A DNA stretch of 64,000 nt from Octopus vulgaris (GCA_951406725.2 OX597814.1:52700001-52764000); one strand, 5' to 3'. Counted from the first letter of the stretch, positions 40,765 through 53,512 are shown. Program-made: numbers and translations. The notes: generated from the letters alone by a model not told the origin.

Positions 40765-41010
40765 GTTTGCTGTGCTTGAAAAGATACATCAAGCTAAGTA
40801 GTATGGTTGCCCTTGCATACAGGTTTGTCCCCTACAACCTTGCCAGTGCTGCACGAAAGCACCCAGTACACTCTGTAAAGTGGTCGGCATTAGGAAGGGC
40901 ATCCAGCCACAGAAACCATGCCAAAACAGACATAGAGCCTGAACATATCTTCAGCAGGTCAGCTCCTGTCAAACCATCCGACCCATGCCAGCATAGAAAA
41001 CAGACATCTT
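40765..41010 (+). mobile_element. RTE-related non-autonomous (bipartite/Ceph-like) repeat fragment
   Basis: GCACCCAGTACACTCTGTAAAGTGGTCGGCATTAGGAAGGGCATCCAGCC plus an RTE-type tail ACCCATGCCAGCAT. Second copy at about 42870-43085. Confidence 0.55.
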
Positions 41011-41587
41011 AGGAGAAAGTATTGATTATGCATCACCTTTTATTTATTAATTACAGTAAATTTGTCTTAGAATACTGAATAATATTATGGATAAAATATG
41101 ATGGCCATTGTAATATTCATACATACATAGTTCACACAGATGACATTAATAATGAAATAGTAATTATTACAATTCATTGAGTAATTATTACAACTCATTG
41201 ATTTATAAAACCTTGTTTGTTTTCATATGTATAAGTGCAAGATTTTCATGTAAACAATTATAGTCAGGGATTTTTGTTTTTTAAGGCTCAGTCAGGGGTA
41301 GAAGAGGACTGTCATTTTCTTTTTTTCAGGGCCTTTGACACTGGTCAAAGGAAATTAATCTCAAACTGGAGACCTAGTTCAAATGCATACAACAGATTGG
41401 ATTCTGCCGAAAGCCCTCAAGATGCAAAGTAGTATAAATTAGATATCAGGTGAAGTCTGCCACCCAACTCAATTGAATTCTGTTTTTTAAATTGTTCTTG
41501 TTTTACATTGTTTTTCTATAATTGTTTAGATTTCTAATTCCTTCTCCTAAGATATATATGTATATTTTTTTTTCTGTTTTGAAACAG

Positions 41588-41682
41588 GTGACCCTGTTGC
41601 AATTAGTAACCAATTTAAAGTAATTGAAGATGGTGTGCAACACCTCATTGCCAAATTTGCTGAAATTCTGAAGAAAAAGTCT
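41588..41682 (+). CDS. Universal stress protein, coding exon 3 of 4
   Basis: T-tract and ACAG acceptor. Reads (G)DPVAISNQFKVIEDGVQHLIAKFAEILKKKS. GTAAGT donor. Phases 1/0. Confidence 0.88.
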
Positions 41683-43985
41683 GTAAGTTCTCAACTAAAT
41701 ACTTTTAGGAAGAATAAGTAATATTGATGGAGAGGGATAGTTAAGTAGTATTAATTACTGGTGTCACACTTAACTGGTTGTATGATTGCTGCTGTTTGCT
41801 GGTTGTGATCATTTTACATTAAAAAATGCAGACTCAAGAACATTCTTATCAAAGTATAAAGAGTAAAGACTCCCTTCAGTCATGAATGACCATGGGATTG
41901 CACCTAGAAAGTTCCCCTCCAAGGCACAAGTCCAGGCAAGGTTCTTAATGGAAAACCAGCAGTTGCCTGTGCATACCAGCCCCTCCCTCTCCATGCCATT
42001 GATGTTATCCAAGGGAATTGCAAAGACTGATAAAGCTTAGCACTAGTGATGTTGCAGCTCATTTCTACAGCTGAGTGAACTGGAGCAATGTAAAATAACG
42101 TGTTATGCTCAAGAAGACAACACACAACCTGGTTTGGGATTCAAACTCACTACTTCTTGATTGTGGACCTGATGCCCTCTCCACTGATCCATGCACCTTC
42201 ACTCTCTCTATACCAAAGTATAATTTTTGATACAAACAGTATTGACACTTAGTGCGTGTTCTGTACTATCAGTTCATGTTAGGACTAACTTAATCTTTCT
42301 TCTCTTTAGCTACTGCACAAAGTATTTCAGAGATACTATTATATATAATATTATACCATACTACACTGATCCATTTCACACCACATACTGTACTACACTT
42401 TATTCTACTGTATTACGATACCCTAACATGCCATGCTATTATACACCATACCTTATTATATACAAAACAATGAAGGGATATCTACATAGTTGGCCTGCTA
42501 TTTCTAGGTAGAACACATTGGAAAGTCTAACACCAGTTGAATAATAGACCTGATGTTCTGGGCTGGAATACCTTTGATAATAAGTCTGCTCAATCAATAC
42601 CAACCTGGGGCTAAATAACATAATATACTAAGCCACAGCCTACCAGTGGACAAGCAAAACACATACATTGAATATGTGTGATCAATAATGTTTACAACAC
42701 TAGCACTGCTTCTAATACATATGCATCATTGTGGCATACTAGCAAATGGTTTTTACACTATTTGTATAGTCATAGACTGGCAATTCCTTGTATAAATCAT
42801 ATTACATCAACACCTGCCTGCCACAACAGAATTGAGATACTAAAACCAAGGTACTATGTAAAAAGCTTTGGTGTGAGTACTGGTGCCATGTTAAAAGCAC
42901 TGGTGATGGTGACACATAAAATGCACTCAGTATACTTTGTGGAGTGGTTGGCATTAAGAAGAGCATTGAGCCATAGAAACCAAGTCAAAACAGACTAGGA
43001 AACCTGATGTGGCCCCTGGCCTTGCAAGTTCCTGTCAAGCCATCCAACCCATGCCAGCATGGAAAATGGACATTAAAGGTTGATGATAATGATGGTGATT
43101 CTCAACTACACCACAAGGCAACAAGGGAGTTTCTTTTAAAGTAAGTGCAGTAAGTCAGGAAATTTCAATGACTATGCACTTGTGTATTGTTTGATTTTTG
43201 ACTATAGAAGGGAGAAGCCAAACATAACATGAGGGGCTGTTGAAATAGTAAAAGTTTTGTGTTGGTCCTGTAGACTCACAGGTCAATGACTTGAGCCTAG
43301 ACACATATACACCTATTATTAATTTACAATTAATGTCAGAATTGAAACATAAGGGAGTGCTGACCTTGGTGATAGTCATTTGCAATGCATATCATATAGT
43401 AGTGCTGTATATCTTTCATGAACTCCTATTACCTCCTCCTATTGACAATAAACTACCATTTATGAAAATGAGCATTGAAAAGAAATGATTACTTGGTATG
43501 CTGTAATTTATTCAAAATACTTCATAAAACAGTCATTACAAATATAAACCTTAAAAACAAAAAACACTGTTATCACCAGAACTACTAAATAGTATTCTAT
43601 AAGTCTATCCCCAATTTCAGAGATTTCCAAAATTGTGTGCCATCACACTTTGGTATGTCACTGATAATATCCAAGTGTGTTATGAAATTAAGTCAAATCT
43701 GGTTAATTCTTATGAATGTTTTTGACTGAAGTAAGTGACTGATGTCACATGAAATGATATTTGTTTATTTATTAATTTCCTTAGTTTCATAATGCCAACA
43801 ACGTTTAATTAATGTACTGCAAAATATCTTATTTTTAAAAAGTATATCACTAACAGGAAAAGTTTCGAAGCTCTGCTCTGTTTTGTGAACATTTTTTTCA
43901 TGCCTTTCCATCTTTTTGAATACCTAGATTTCTCTTTAAGTATTAACATCTCAGTTATATTTCTCTTTATCTCATTATGTTCCAG

Positions 43986-44180
43986 ATTAAGGGCAAAGTT
44001 TTAAGACTCACTGGCAAACCCAAGGAAGCAATTATTGCTGCTTCAAAAGAAGAGAAAGCAAACATGATTGTAACTGGTACCCGAGGGCTTGGAATTGTAG
44101 GCCGTACTATACTGGGCAGTGTTAGTGATTATGTGGCCCATAATGCTCAAATTCCAGTTGTTATTGTCCGCAAAGAGTAA
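43986..44180 (+). CDS. Universal stress protein, coding exon 4 of 4
   Basis: TTCCAG acceptor. Reads IKGKVLRLTGKPKEAIIAASKEEKANMIVTGTRGLGIVGRTILGSVSDYVAHNAQIPVVIVRKE*, containing the USP G-2X-G-9X-GS ATP-binding motif. The spliced CDS is 432 nt (143 aa). Confidence 0.95.
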   Translation: MKGKVLRLTGKPKEAIIAASKEEKANMIVTGTRGLGIVGRTILGSVSDYVAHNAQIPVVIVRKE

Positions 44181-44484
44181 TCAGTTTTTAAATCAGTGAC
44201 ATTCCTCTTTTCTATTTTCTTTTACTTTTTTAATCTTTTATAGTACTAACTAAACTCTCTTTATACAACAATGCTTGTTACTTAAACCAGAAGAAATTCT
44301 TGTAGTGTTTTCTGCCTGCTGCTTCTTAATTTCTTTAAAATCTTATTTTACTTAGTATTCACAGAATAGTTTTGATAATTAGCTTATGCAGCCATGGATT
44401 TCATAACATTTTACTCATTTTTTAAAAACTTTAAAAATTATTCAGGTTTATCTGTTACTATTTGTTAAAGTAAAAAAAGGGAGT

Positions 44485-44533
<49 letters not shown>

Positions 44534-44544
44534 TCTTTGGAGCA

Positions 44545-44589
44545 AGTTGTCTCGCCTGTCACAATATTAGCACTACTTCTAATTCATAT

Positions 44590-44637
<48 letters not shown>

Positions 44638-45108
44638 CTTTCAGGTGTGTTAACACCTGGCACTTCGAGGGAGTCATCCCCACCACACTAAACCGCAGCC
44701 TACTGGCAAACGAGAAAAACATGCATTTAATATGTGTGGTCGATAATGTTTACAACATTAGCGCTACTTCTATTTCATATTTGAATTCATTCTTTCATAT
44801 GCATCATCATGGCATACCAGCAAATGGTTTTTACACTATTTGTCTATAGTCATAGACTGGCAATTCCATTTGCCTCTGATTTGGTTCAGGTATGTGATGT
44901 TGATAAGCCACAAAAGTGGTGAAATTTCAATTTCCATTGCTCTTGAATGGAATTTGGGGTGTATTGTTTTGCCTGTCTATGACTTTCAGGTGTTTTAACA
45001 CCTGGCACTTTGAGGTTTGTCATCCCTAGTGGTAAACATCCAAAGCACATACACTGAGTGTGTGTGATCGATAATGTTTACAATATTAGCACTACTTCTA
45101 ATTCATAT

Positions 45109-45112
<4 letters not shown>
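44545..45112 (+). repeat. Partial tandem repeat (345-bp period) in the putative USP 3' UTR, bounded by (TA)n
   Basis: ACTTTCAGGTG..TTAACACCTGGCAC at 44637 and 44982. ACAATATTAGCACTACTTCTAATTCATATTTGAAT occurs three times. Related fragment at about 42625-42790. Confidence 0.75.
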
Positions 45113-45160
<48 letters not shown>

Positions 45161-45457
45161 CTGCAGTCTTTTATATCATTATAACAATCATTTTCTTAAC
45201 ATTTTCCCTAACTTTCTTTTGGTTTTCTACAAATCTAATTATACTCTCATATGTTTATTAACAGAAAATCTTAATATCTCTTTGTGAGCAAGCATTTTTA
45301 TGAAAGTTTCCAATAACTATTACCAAAATGGAGAGATGATTTCAAGAGTTATCATCCTGTTGAACAGATATCAAAACCTTCATTTGAATTCTATGAATCC
45401 ATTGTTAGAAATATAGTTTGCTCAATAGTTTTTTTTTAATTTTATTTTTTATTGTTC

Positions 45458-45510
45458 AATAAAAGATAATAAAAATTTTAATAAATTCTATGTTTTGTTT
45501 TCTTTTTACT
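45458..45510 (+). terminator. Probable polyadenylation signal cluster of the USP gene
   Basis: Three AATAAA hexamers (45458, 45468, 45480) followed by a T/GT-rich tract, about 1.3 kb after the stop codon. Confidence 0.5.
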
Positions 45511-45939
45511 TGTAGAAGATGTGTTTTTAATTTCACTGAAATGAAGATAGGATATCAAACTTGAAATATTTATTAATACCATTACAATTTACCAAACTCT
45601 CAACTAACTTTTTCATTGATGAATATTTCTTTTCTTGTTAATTTTCTTTCTCTCTTCTGTAAATACTTCATTGACAAAACCCTCAGGCTATGACAACTCT
45701 TTTGGGTTTTTTGTCAATTATTTTATATGTGTATCTGTGGAGCAAACTGTGAAATTTGGAGACATCAAAGATGTTTATGATTAGCAGAACAGAGCCATAA
45801 AATTTAGATAAGAGAATAATGATTTATTTCTTCAGCACTATTCACCAAAATTTTAAATAACTTTTATTGTTGACAAATATTTCTTCTTATTTACATTATT
45901 TACAATTGATGGATATTTGTCCTCCTCTTGTTTGTTGTT

Positions 45940-45985
45940 GACACAATGTTTCGGCTGATATACCTTCCAGCCTTCATCAGGTGTC
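45940..45985 (-). ncRNA. Minimal type I hammerhead ribozyme motif (best-preserved copy)
   Basis: Minus strand reads GACAC-CTGATGA-A-GGCTG-(GAAGGTATAT)-CAGCC-GAAAC-ATT-GTGTC: perfect 5-bp stems I and II and both core boxes. Stem III is reduced and mutated. Confidence 0.8.
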
Positions 45986-46062
45986 TTGGGGAAATTTTGA
46001 ACCTGGGTTTTCATTCCTAAGGTATTTTTGGATGTTGTTATTATTATTATTCTTATTATTCA

Positions 46063-46135
46063 GGTCACTACCTGGAATCGAACTCGGAATCTTGGGGTTA
46101 GTAGCCCGCGCTCTTAACCCCTAAGCCACATGCCC
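46063..46135 (-). other. tRNA-like module inside the Penelope pLTR (not a functional tRNA)
   Basis: A box TGGCTTAGGGGT, anticodon-like arm GGG-CTACTAA-CCC, B box GAGTTCGATTC. Acceptor and T stems pair imperfectly. Other copies at about 61968-62040, 62853-62930 and 62932-63000. Confidence 0.7.
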
Positions 46136-46489
46136 ACGGGCATATGGTGTACTAACCCCAAGATTCTAAGTTCGATTCCAGGCAGTGACCTGAACAATGA
46201 CGAAAAATACCATAGGAATGAGAACCCAGGTTTTAAATTTCCCCAAGACACTTAATGAAGGCTGGAAGGTATATCATCCAAAATGTTGTGTCAACAACAA
46301 ACAAGATGAGGACAAGTATCTGTCAATTGTAAATAATGTAAATAATGCACGTAATTCCTCATCTCTTAAATATAGAACTGTACTGTGGCCTTTGTTGTCC
46401 AGTTCAATAGTGGTTGACCTAGAACTAAGCACCTACGACTTATAAAGCTCTCCTCACTTCTGTGAGTACCTCTAGGAACATTATGGAGA

Positions 46490-48260
46490 AACATGGCTCC
46501 TCAGCTGTAGTGAAGGCAATCTGACTAGAGAACAGTAACTGAAATGTTGCTGGCTGGAGATGGACTCCTTAAACTGCAATGAAAGAAACTCATTTAGAAA
46601 GCAGTAATCTGAATAAACCATGACACAATATAGTAAGGGCATTTAAGTCCTTTTCTTCCTTTAAGATGCAGGAGATGGGCATCAAACAACTCCAAAACTC
46701 CACCACCAAAACTTTTCTTATTCTGTCTGGTTCAACACTTCGGAACTGTTATTATCAATGTTGATATAATGAAAGTAGAGATTGTAGAGATGCTAAGTCA
46801 GAGTGAAGTAGATGTGTGCTGTGTATAAGAAAATGGAATGGAGTTTTTACATTCTTCACAGATACAGATTCTTTTGAATTAGTAACAGCGTTGGAATGGG
46901 TAGTGTAAGCATATTGCACAGAGAAATGGTGAGATAAAGTAATTCAGATAGTGTATGTAACACTAGTTATAAGCAATGAGAGCTACAGTGATTTCTGCAT
47001 ATGCACTACAATCAGGGTTAGGTGAACAAAAGAGCCTGTTTGATTGTTTTGTAGACTATCTCAGTAATGAACAACAGCAATGTTATCATGGCTACTGACT
47101 TTTAAAATGTCAGATAACACCATGATGGTTATCCGAAGTACATGCATATGGTACAAGGAATGACTATAGATCAAGTCTCTTAGAGTTGTATCATGTAAAT
47201 GACATAACTATTTGCTGCACTAACTTTATGAAACCTGCCATCTACTTGATCAGCTATCAATAAGCTGAAAAGGTAAGCCATATAGACTTTTATTGTGGAT
47301 GGTGCAAGGTTCCAGCTTAATGGAAAATGATATGGTATAGAATGGTACAGTAAAGGACCATAAATGCTATGGGACAAGCCTGGGAAAGAGATTGGTAGAA
47401 AAGAAAAAGCAAAAATTAAAAGGGAAGCTTAATATATCAGAGAGGAACTGAAATATAAAGGTTTGCATGTGTTATGTAATGAGAGAATCAGTGGTGTGAG
47501 GTATTCTGCATTGAAAAGCAGTTTGTCAATGTGAATGTAGGCATCATTTGGGAAACTGCAAGTCATCTACAAAGATGCTGTCAGCAAGTTGAGAGTTAGC
47601 AATGAATTTAGTGACAGTCGGCTTCTTGTTTATCATTATCCAGGCCCTAATGCAGGAATTGAAGACCAGCTGACCAAGGAACTGTATGCTTATAACCCTG
47701 TTCTCATTGTTGAATCTGTCAGATTTAGAGTAGAAAATTTCAAACCTAGCAAACTAAAGTTTTAGTTTTGGCAACAATGAAAGCAAAACTCTGTTGCAAT
47801 CAGAGCACTTATGCTTGATATGCAAAAACCAAGTTCAGAGACCTATTGCCTCTGTTAACAACAAAGGCATTTTCTCTTTGAGTGAAGGGAAGATTGTATG
47901 ATGCTTGTAGCATAATATTAAATATGGTGAGTGTGTGAAGAGTGGTAAGAGATGAGTCAAGCACACTTCACTATATCTATAATGTTAGTGTGGGTGATTA
48001 ATGGAGCACAAATAAGAGAAGTTGACTACACCAGTAAGGACATGTAAAGCATGTTGAAGATAACAGTTGGGTATAGAAGTGCCAAGTGATTCAAGTGGAA
48101 GGAACATGCAAAAGTGTAAGTTATAGGAAGAAGTGGTGAAGACTGAACTCAGGAGTTCAAATTGCATGAAGAATATGACAAGATCACAACAAAGGCAAGA
48201 CGATGTACTGGAAAAGATCCATCCTATGAAAGCACAGAAAAATGGATGTGTAAGTGAAAA
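46490..48260 (+). mobile_element. Decayed RTE-clade LINE
   Basis: Fragments similar to 'EIVEML....VDVCCVQE' (APE) and 'EFKTGCPWELLYADDLVL' (RT). RTE-type 3' tail at about 48218-48255. Confidence 0.65.
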
Positions 48261-50778
48261 AAATTATAATGGTATATTACACATCATGCTTGTCTAGCAA
48301 AATTATATTACTTGTTTTTAATGCATTCTTAGAAACAACTTAGATTAAAACAATCTTACCCTATTGTAATTATGTTTTAGATAAGTAGATATCATTATGA
48401 AAGCTGTTTTTTAAAATGCAACAGATGTAGACTAATCAACAGTTTTGAGAAATTGAAAGAGAATAGTTAGTATTAACAGTTTGATGGAGCAGACAACAGA
48501 GAATTAGTCAATGTACTAATGATATTTAATTTTGTTTTTCATTTTCCTGAGTTGAAGTTCTCTTAGATTTTTCTTTTGCCTTTAATTACTGGAAGTATAG
48601 TCAAGTATATTCCTATTTGTTCTGTTTACCTTTCATCCTAGCAGGACTGAGGTATATAACTGTTGCTGACAAGATTTGAAACTGAGATTGTGAGAAATGA
48701 AAAGACATACATCACTCTTATCAGATTTATATTTTTTTTTAAATAAATGCAATATAGCAGAATTATAGCATTGAATATGAAATGTTGGGATGTTCCCTAT
48801 AAATCAACAGTGTATATAAAGTAAAAGGGCTTCAATAAGGATGTAAAACTTTCATCATTGACTTGTTAGGAGCATACTGTTTACTTTATGACACTCATTG
48901 ATAATGGATTTATAACAACCCATCTCAATACTGAATTAAGATTTAGGAAAGCAAATCTGTAGTACAGCTAGAAGACAACATTAACATCTAGTTGTATGTA
49001 CTCAAAATATAACATTGAAAATAGTCCAGTCTCTGCTACTTGTCAGGCCAAGAGAAGTAAACTGTCAGGGTATCGGTCACTCTCTGACAGTAGAGACCTC
49101 CAGCGTTCTTGGCCCCCACCCCTGACCTTATCCCTTCTTACTACTATTGGGATGGAGAAGGCCATCTGCAATTGTTAGCCCTGTAGATCGGAGTGACTGT
49201 TCCAATGCATCTCCTTCACCATCCTCCAGAGCAACACTTCTTCCATTTTGTCTGCTGGGACCATAAAGTGGTTTGAAATGCAGGAAATTTTATGTTCCAC
49301 TCTTTAATGTAAAATTAGCCAATATTAATAACTTTCAACTGTCATACAAGTACTCAATCATAGATTGATCAGCATTACTTCTCATTTTAATACTAAACGT
49401 ATCAAGACTAGAAAATTTTATCAATGATATAGATTAAAAAAACATTGACTTCTTCCTTAAATACGAGAACCTATGTACATAATATTTATTTCCTTTGAAT
49501 AGAAGACATTTAGTCAATTGTCTCAATACAAATATTCTTACTGCTGTAAATGACTGTTATGTTATTCAAATGTATGTCAGAATTAATTGAAGAATTGTTT
49601 CCCTACATGATGTTGTGATTAGACCACCTTAGTTGTACATAAGTAATTGGATTTTATCCCTACTGAGTATGTAGGTAGTGAATTGGCAAAGGCTGTAGAG
49701 CATTGGATTGAGTGCTTTGTGGTAGCCGTTCTTGCTTTCTGTATTCTGAGCTTAAATAGCATGAAAGCCAACTTTGTCTTTTGTCATCCTGGGATCAATA
49801 AATAAAATACAAGTTAAATACTAAGTGAAGGGACTCTCCTGTCTGTCTGTCTGTCTGACTCAGAGTAAGTTACATTCCACTGTAAGAAAGATTAGGGCGA
49901 TCACTTGTATCTTTTACTTGTTTTAGTCATTAGACTGAGGCCATGCTGGGGCACCACCATGAAAAAATTTTAGTTGAATGTAGTGATCCCAATACTTATT
50001 TTTTTTTAAAAGCCTGATATTATTCTATCTGTCCCTTTTACTGAACTACTAAGTGACAGGGACGTAAACACACCAGCTCTGGTTATCAAGCAGTGATAGT
50101 GGTGAGGGGACAAACACAGACACAAAGATAGACACACACACATGTATATATACATATGACAGGCTTCTTTCAGTTTCCATCTACTAAATCCTCTCACAAG
50201 ACTTTGGTCATCCCAAGACTATACTAGAAGACACTTGCTCAAAGTGCCATACAGTGGGATAGAATCTGAACCATGTCGTTAGGAAGAAAGCTTCTTACCA
50301 CACAGCCTCCTTCAGAAAGTAGAACAGTTGAGAAGAAAGTATGCTATTCTCAAAGAAAAACTAAAATGCTAACAGAACCATTCAAAGATGGACTGAAGCA
50401 CCATACAACATTAGGAAGTGTATCAATTCTCTTTTGGAATGTTGGATCATGAAATAAATAACCTATAAATAATAATTCATAGCTTATCTGCTTCATGATC
50501 CAATATTTTAAAAAAGAATTATTTCACATTCTCTCAAAGTTTATAAATTTCTTATGACATCAACAAAAGAAGTGTATGGTTGTTTATTTTTGTGTGTGTA
50601 TTAACTGTTTGTTGATTACTGTTACCATGTGGATTAGCAATAAGTGTTTGTGTATTTGGGGCCTAACATGAAATGACACAAGATAGAGATATTTTCTCTG
50701 AAGTTGTTGAAGTCATAAAACGATATCTGTAAAAATAATGTTCATCTAATATCTGCATGAAAAAGACATGTTAAAGCA

Positions 50779-50830
<52 letters not shown>

Positions 50831-50833
<3 letters not shown>

Positions 50834-50927
50834 TATTTAGCAGAAGTAACAGAGTAACTTAAAATCTGAGAGTTTCATGCATTGGCATTTGTACCTTGAG
50901 TCACTCTGTTACTTCTGCTAAATATTA
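50831..50927. repeat. 97-nt hairpin element next to (TA)n
   Basis: Arms 50831-50862 and 50896-50927 are 30/32 complementary, with a 33-nt loop. Confidence 0.85.
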
Positions 50928-50982
50928 GTAAAAATCTACATACACTCATATTCTGAGTTCTATCATTCTGGTTTGTATCAAC

Positions 50983-51020
<38 letters not shown>

Positions 51021-52073
51021 GGAGAGGGAAAGAGAAAGAGAGAGACAGACAGACAAACAGATTGCATGGGTGTGTTTCAAAAACAAAGTTTTAACATATT
51101 TTGCATAATTATTTTCTCATAATTATACATCCATATCATAACATTAATTTTAATTCTTTCTTGTAGCCTATAACTTCATGGTTGTATAAATTCCATTATG
51201 CATCATAATTACATTAATTATTCCTGTCTGAATGATGGAAGGTTTTTAACAAACTGAGACTATAACAGTATCAATACCTATTTTTGCCAACAATGGCATT
51301 TTGTAAAGGCATGACTACCCAATTTTCCATTATCCAAGAATTTCATACTTTCATTCAATGAAAAGAACAACTTTCTCTCTCTCTCTCTCCTACTCCCACA
51401 CATGAACTGTTTGTTCATTATCATAGCAGTTGTTATCATTAATTCAAATTAGACTACATAGTTATAAACCAAATAAAGCTTTTTTTTATGTAGGCATGAG
51501 ATACTTTTTCAGTAAGCATCATGGAAAATGAATCAAAAACTATTTAGTGTAATACTTACACTGTATAGGCAAGAGTTCACAATGTATATACTTAACTAGC
51601 ATTTCACAACAAGACTATTAATGATTTTTAAACAAATATATTTCATTACATTTAGTATATCCATGTTTGTTTTTCCATGCTGACATGAACTGGACAAAAA
51701 CTTACAGCTTGATGCCCTTTAAGAAAGGCAAGCATAATGTATGGGGAGAGAAAAAGATGTATGGTGGTGTAATATTCAATGAAATGGTTCCAAGCAGTGA
51801 GAAGGATTAGTGCTCTCAAGGAAGAATTGCAGTTAGAGAGACACATGCATGCACATACACACACATGCACGTATGCACACACACACTGACTGACATGCAC
51901 ACACACACAAAAGGAAAAGAGGTGACACAGGAAAAACAATGGTGATATGTTTTCCCAGTGTCATCATTTTTATTACTACTGCTCTATACTTGTCTAACAC
52001 TTTGTTCTAAAATGCATATTGACTTCTATACCAGGCTATTAGTCTCACAATACCTAAGTGATGTATGTATATA

Positions 52074-52476
52074 GGTGCAGGAGTGGCTGTGTGGTAAGTA
52101 GCTTGCTAACCAACCACATGGTTCCGGCTTCAGTCCCACTGCGTGGCATCTTGGGCAAGTGTCTTCTGCTATAGCCCCGGGCCGACCAATGCCTTGTGAG
52201 TGGATTTGGTAGACGGAAACTGAAAGAAGCCTGTCATATATATGTATATATGTGTGTGTATGTGTTTGTGTGTCTGTGTTTGTCCCCCTAGCATTGCTTG
52301 ACAACCGATGCTGGTGTGTTTACGTCCCCGTCACTTAGCGGTTCGGCAAAAGAGACCAATAGAATAAGTACTGGGCTTACAATGAATAAGTCCCGGGGTC
52401 GATTTGCTCGACTAAAGGCGGTGCTCCAGTATGGCCACAGTCAAATGACTGAAACAAGTAAAAGAGAATAAAGAGT
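52074..52476 (+). mobile_element. tRNA-derived CORE-type SINE, full length
   Basis: Near-identical to 11038-11440. Older or partial copies at about 20968-21075 (+), 35771-35925 (+), 36312-36500 (+) and 49913-50307 (-). Confidence 0.85.
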
Positions 52477-52719
52477 ATATTAGAAGAAATCAGGTACTCA
52501 GAAATCTGGATGGTTTTATATTTACAGATATTTATTAGTATGTTACATGATTTTATAAATCATATATCATATATTAGCGCTTTCATCCACTCTAGTGGAG
52601 TTGTCAAATTGAACTTTTGTACGAATTTTGTCTCTTTTTATAGTATTATTGAGTGTGTAGGGGTGGGGAGAGATATAAGATAGTACAAGAGGGTGAGGAA
52701 TGGGGAGAAAGTGAGAGAG

Positions 52720-52753
<34 letters not shown>

Positions 52754-53039
52754 TATCTGTGTTTGTCAAAGAAAAAGAGAAGGAAAAGAAGAAGGAGAGA
52801 AAGAAGAAAAAATTTGTTGATATCTTTGCAGTTGGGCAGTCTTTCAATAGTAAATGATTTTTAGAAATGGCAAACCCAGCTGGTCACTCCAAGGGGAACA
52901 AAATATCACTTTTCAAAAAATTGTTTGGATTTCTTTTTAACATTGTCTTGTGAGAGAGAGAGAGAGAGAGAGAGTGTGTGTGTGTGTGTGTGTGTGTGCA
53001 TCTATGTGTGCACGTGTGTGTGGGTGTCTGTGTATCTGA

Positions 53040-53380
53040 AGAAAGTGTCAAATATATACTTTTACTTTAATAGTTTCAGTATTAAAGTGAAAGTGTCAGT
53101 ATTACAAAAGAGAGATGTTTTTGTTTCACTTTTAACACGTAATACTGAAATAGTGGAGAAGATATGATATTGCTGTGGGGTCGCCCTAGGGAAAAAGTTA
53201 AGATTTTGCCGATGACACTCCCCGGACCTTAAGTAAGGCATGTGTAAAATTTGAATGAAATTGGTTGTGTAGTTCTCAAGTTTTAGGGAAACACACAGAC
53301 AGACAGATAGACAGACAGACAGACAGACAGATAGATAGATAGACAGACACACATTCTCAGTTTTATATATAGAGAGATAG
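53040..53380 (-). mobile_element. Helitron-like 5' fragment
   Basis: Minus strand begins TCTCTCTATATATAAAACTGAGAATGTG, then a (CTGT)n tract and 'CCAATTTCATTCAAATTT', typical of invertebrate non-autonomous Helitrons. The 3' end was not located. Confidence 0.5.
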
Positions 53381-53512
53381 AGATATATCATCGGCAGAAG
53401 TTAGAGAGTAAGTCAAAAGCTGAGAGTTTTGTGTGTTGGCACTTATCAAACATGAATTTGGCCATTGTCACTGTAATTTCTGCCTATTATTAATGTGTGT
53501 GTGTGTATAGAT

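Larger units (their letters stand above)
45887..46381. mobile_element. Fold-back pair of Penelope pseudo-LTRs (same family as 61801-63325)
   Basis: Head-to-head inverted copies of the tRNA-like plus hammerhead unit, turning at GCCCACGGGC (about 46132-46141). The 3' end ...CCTCATCTCTTAAATATAGAACTGT matches the reverse complement of 61802-61840. Confidence 0.85.

Noticed and set aside
46063-46135. Functional tRNA-Ser(ACT) gene
   Set aside because: The acceptor and T stems pair poorly, there is no long variable arm, and it recurs only as part of the Penelope pLTR.
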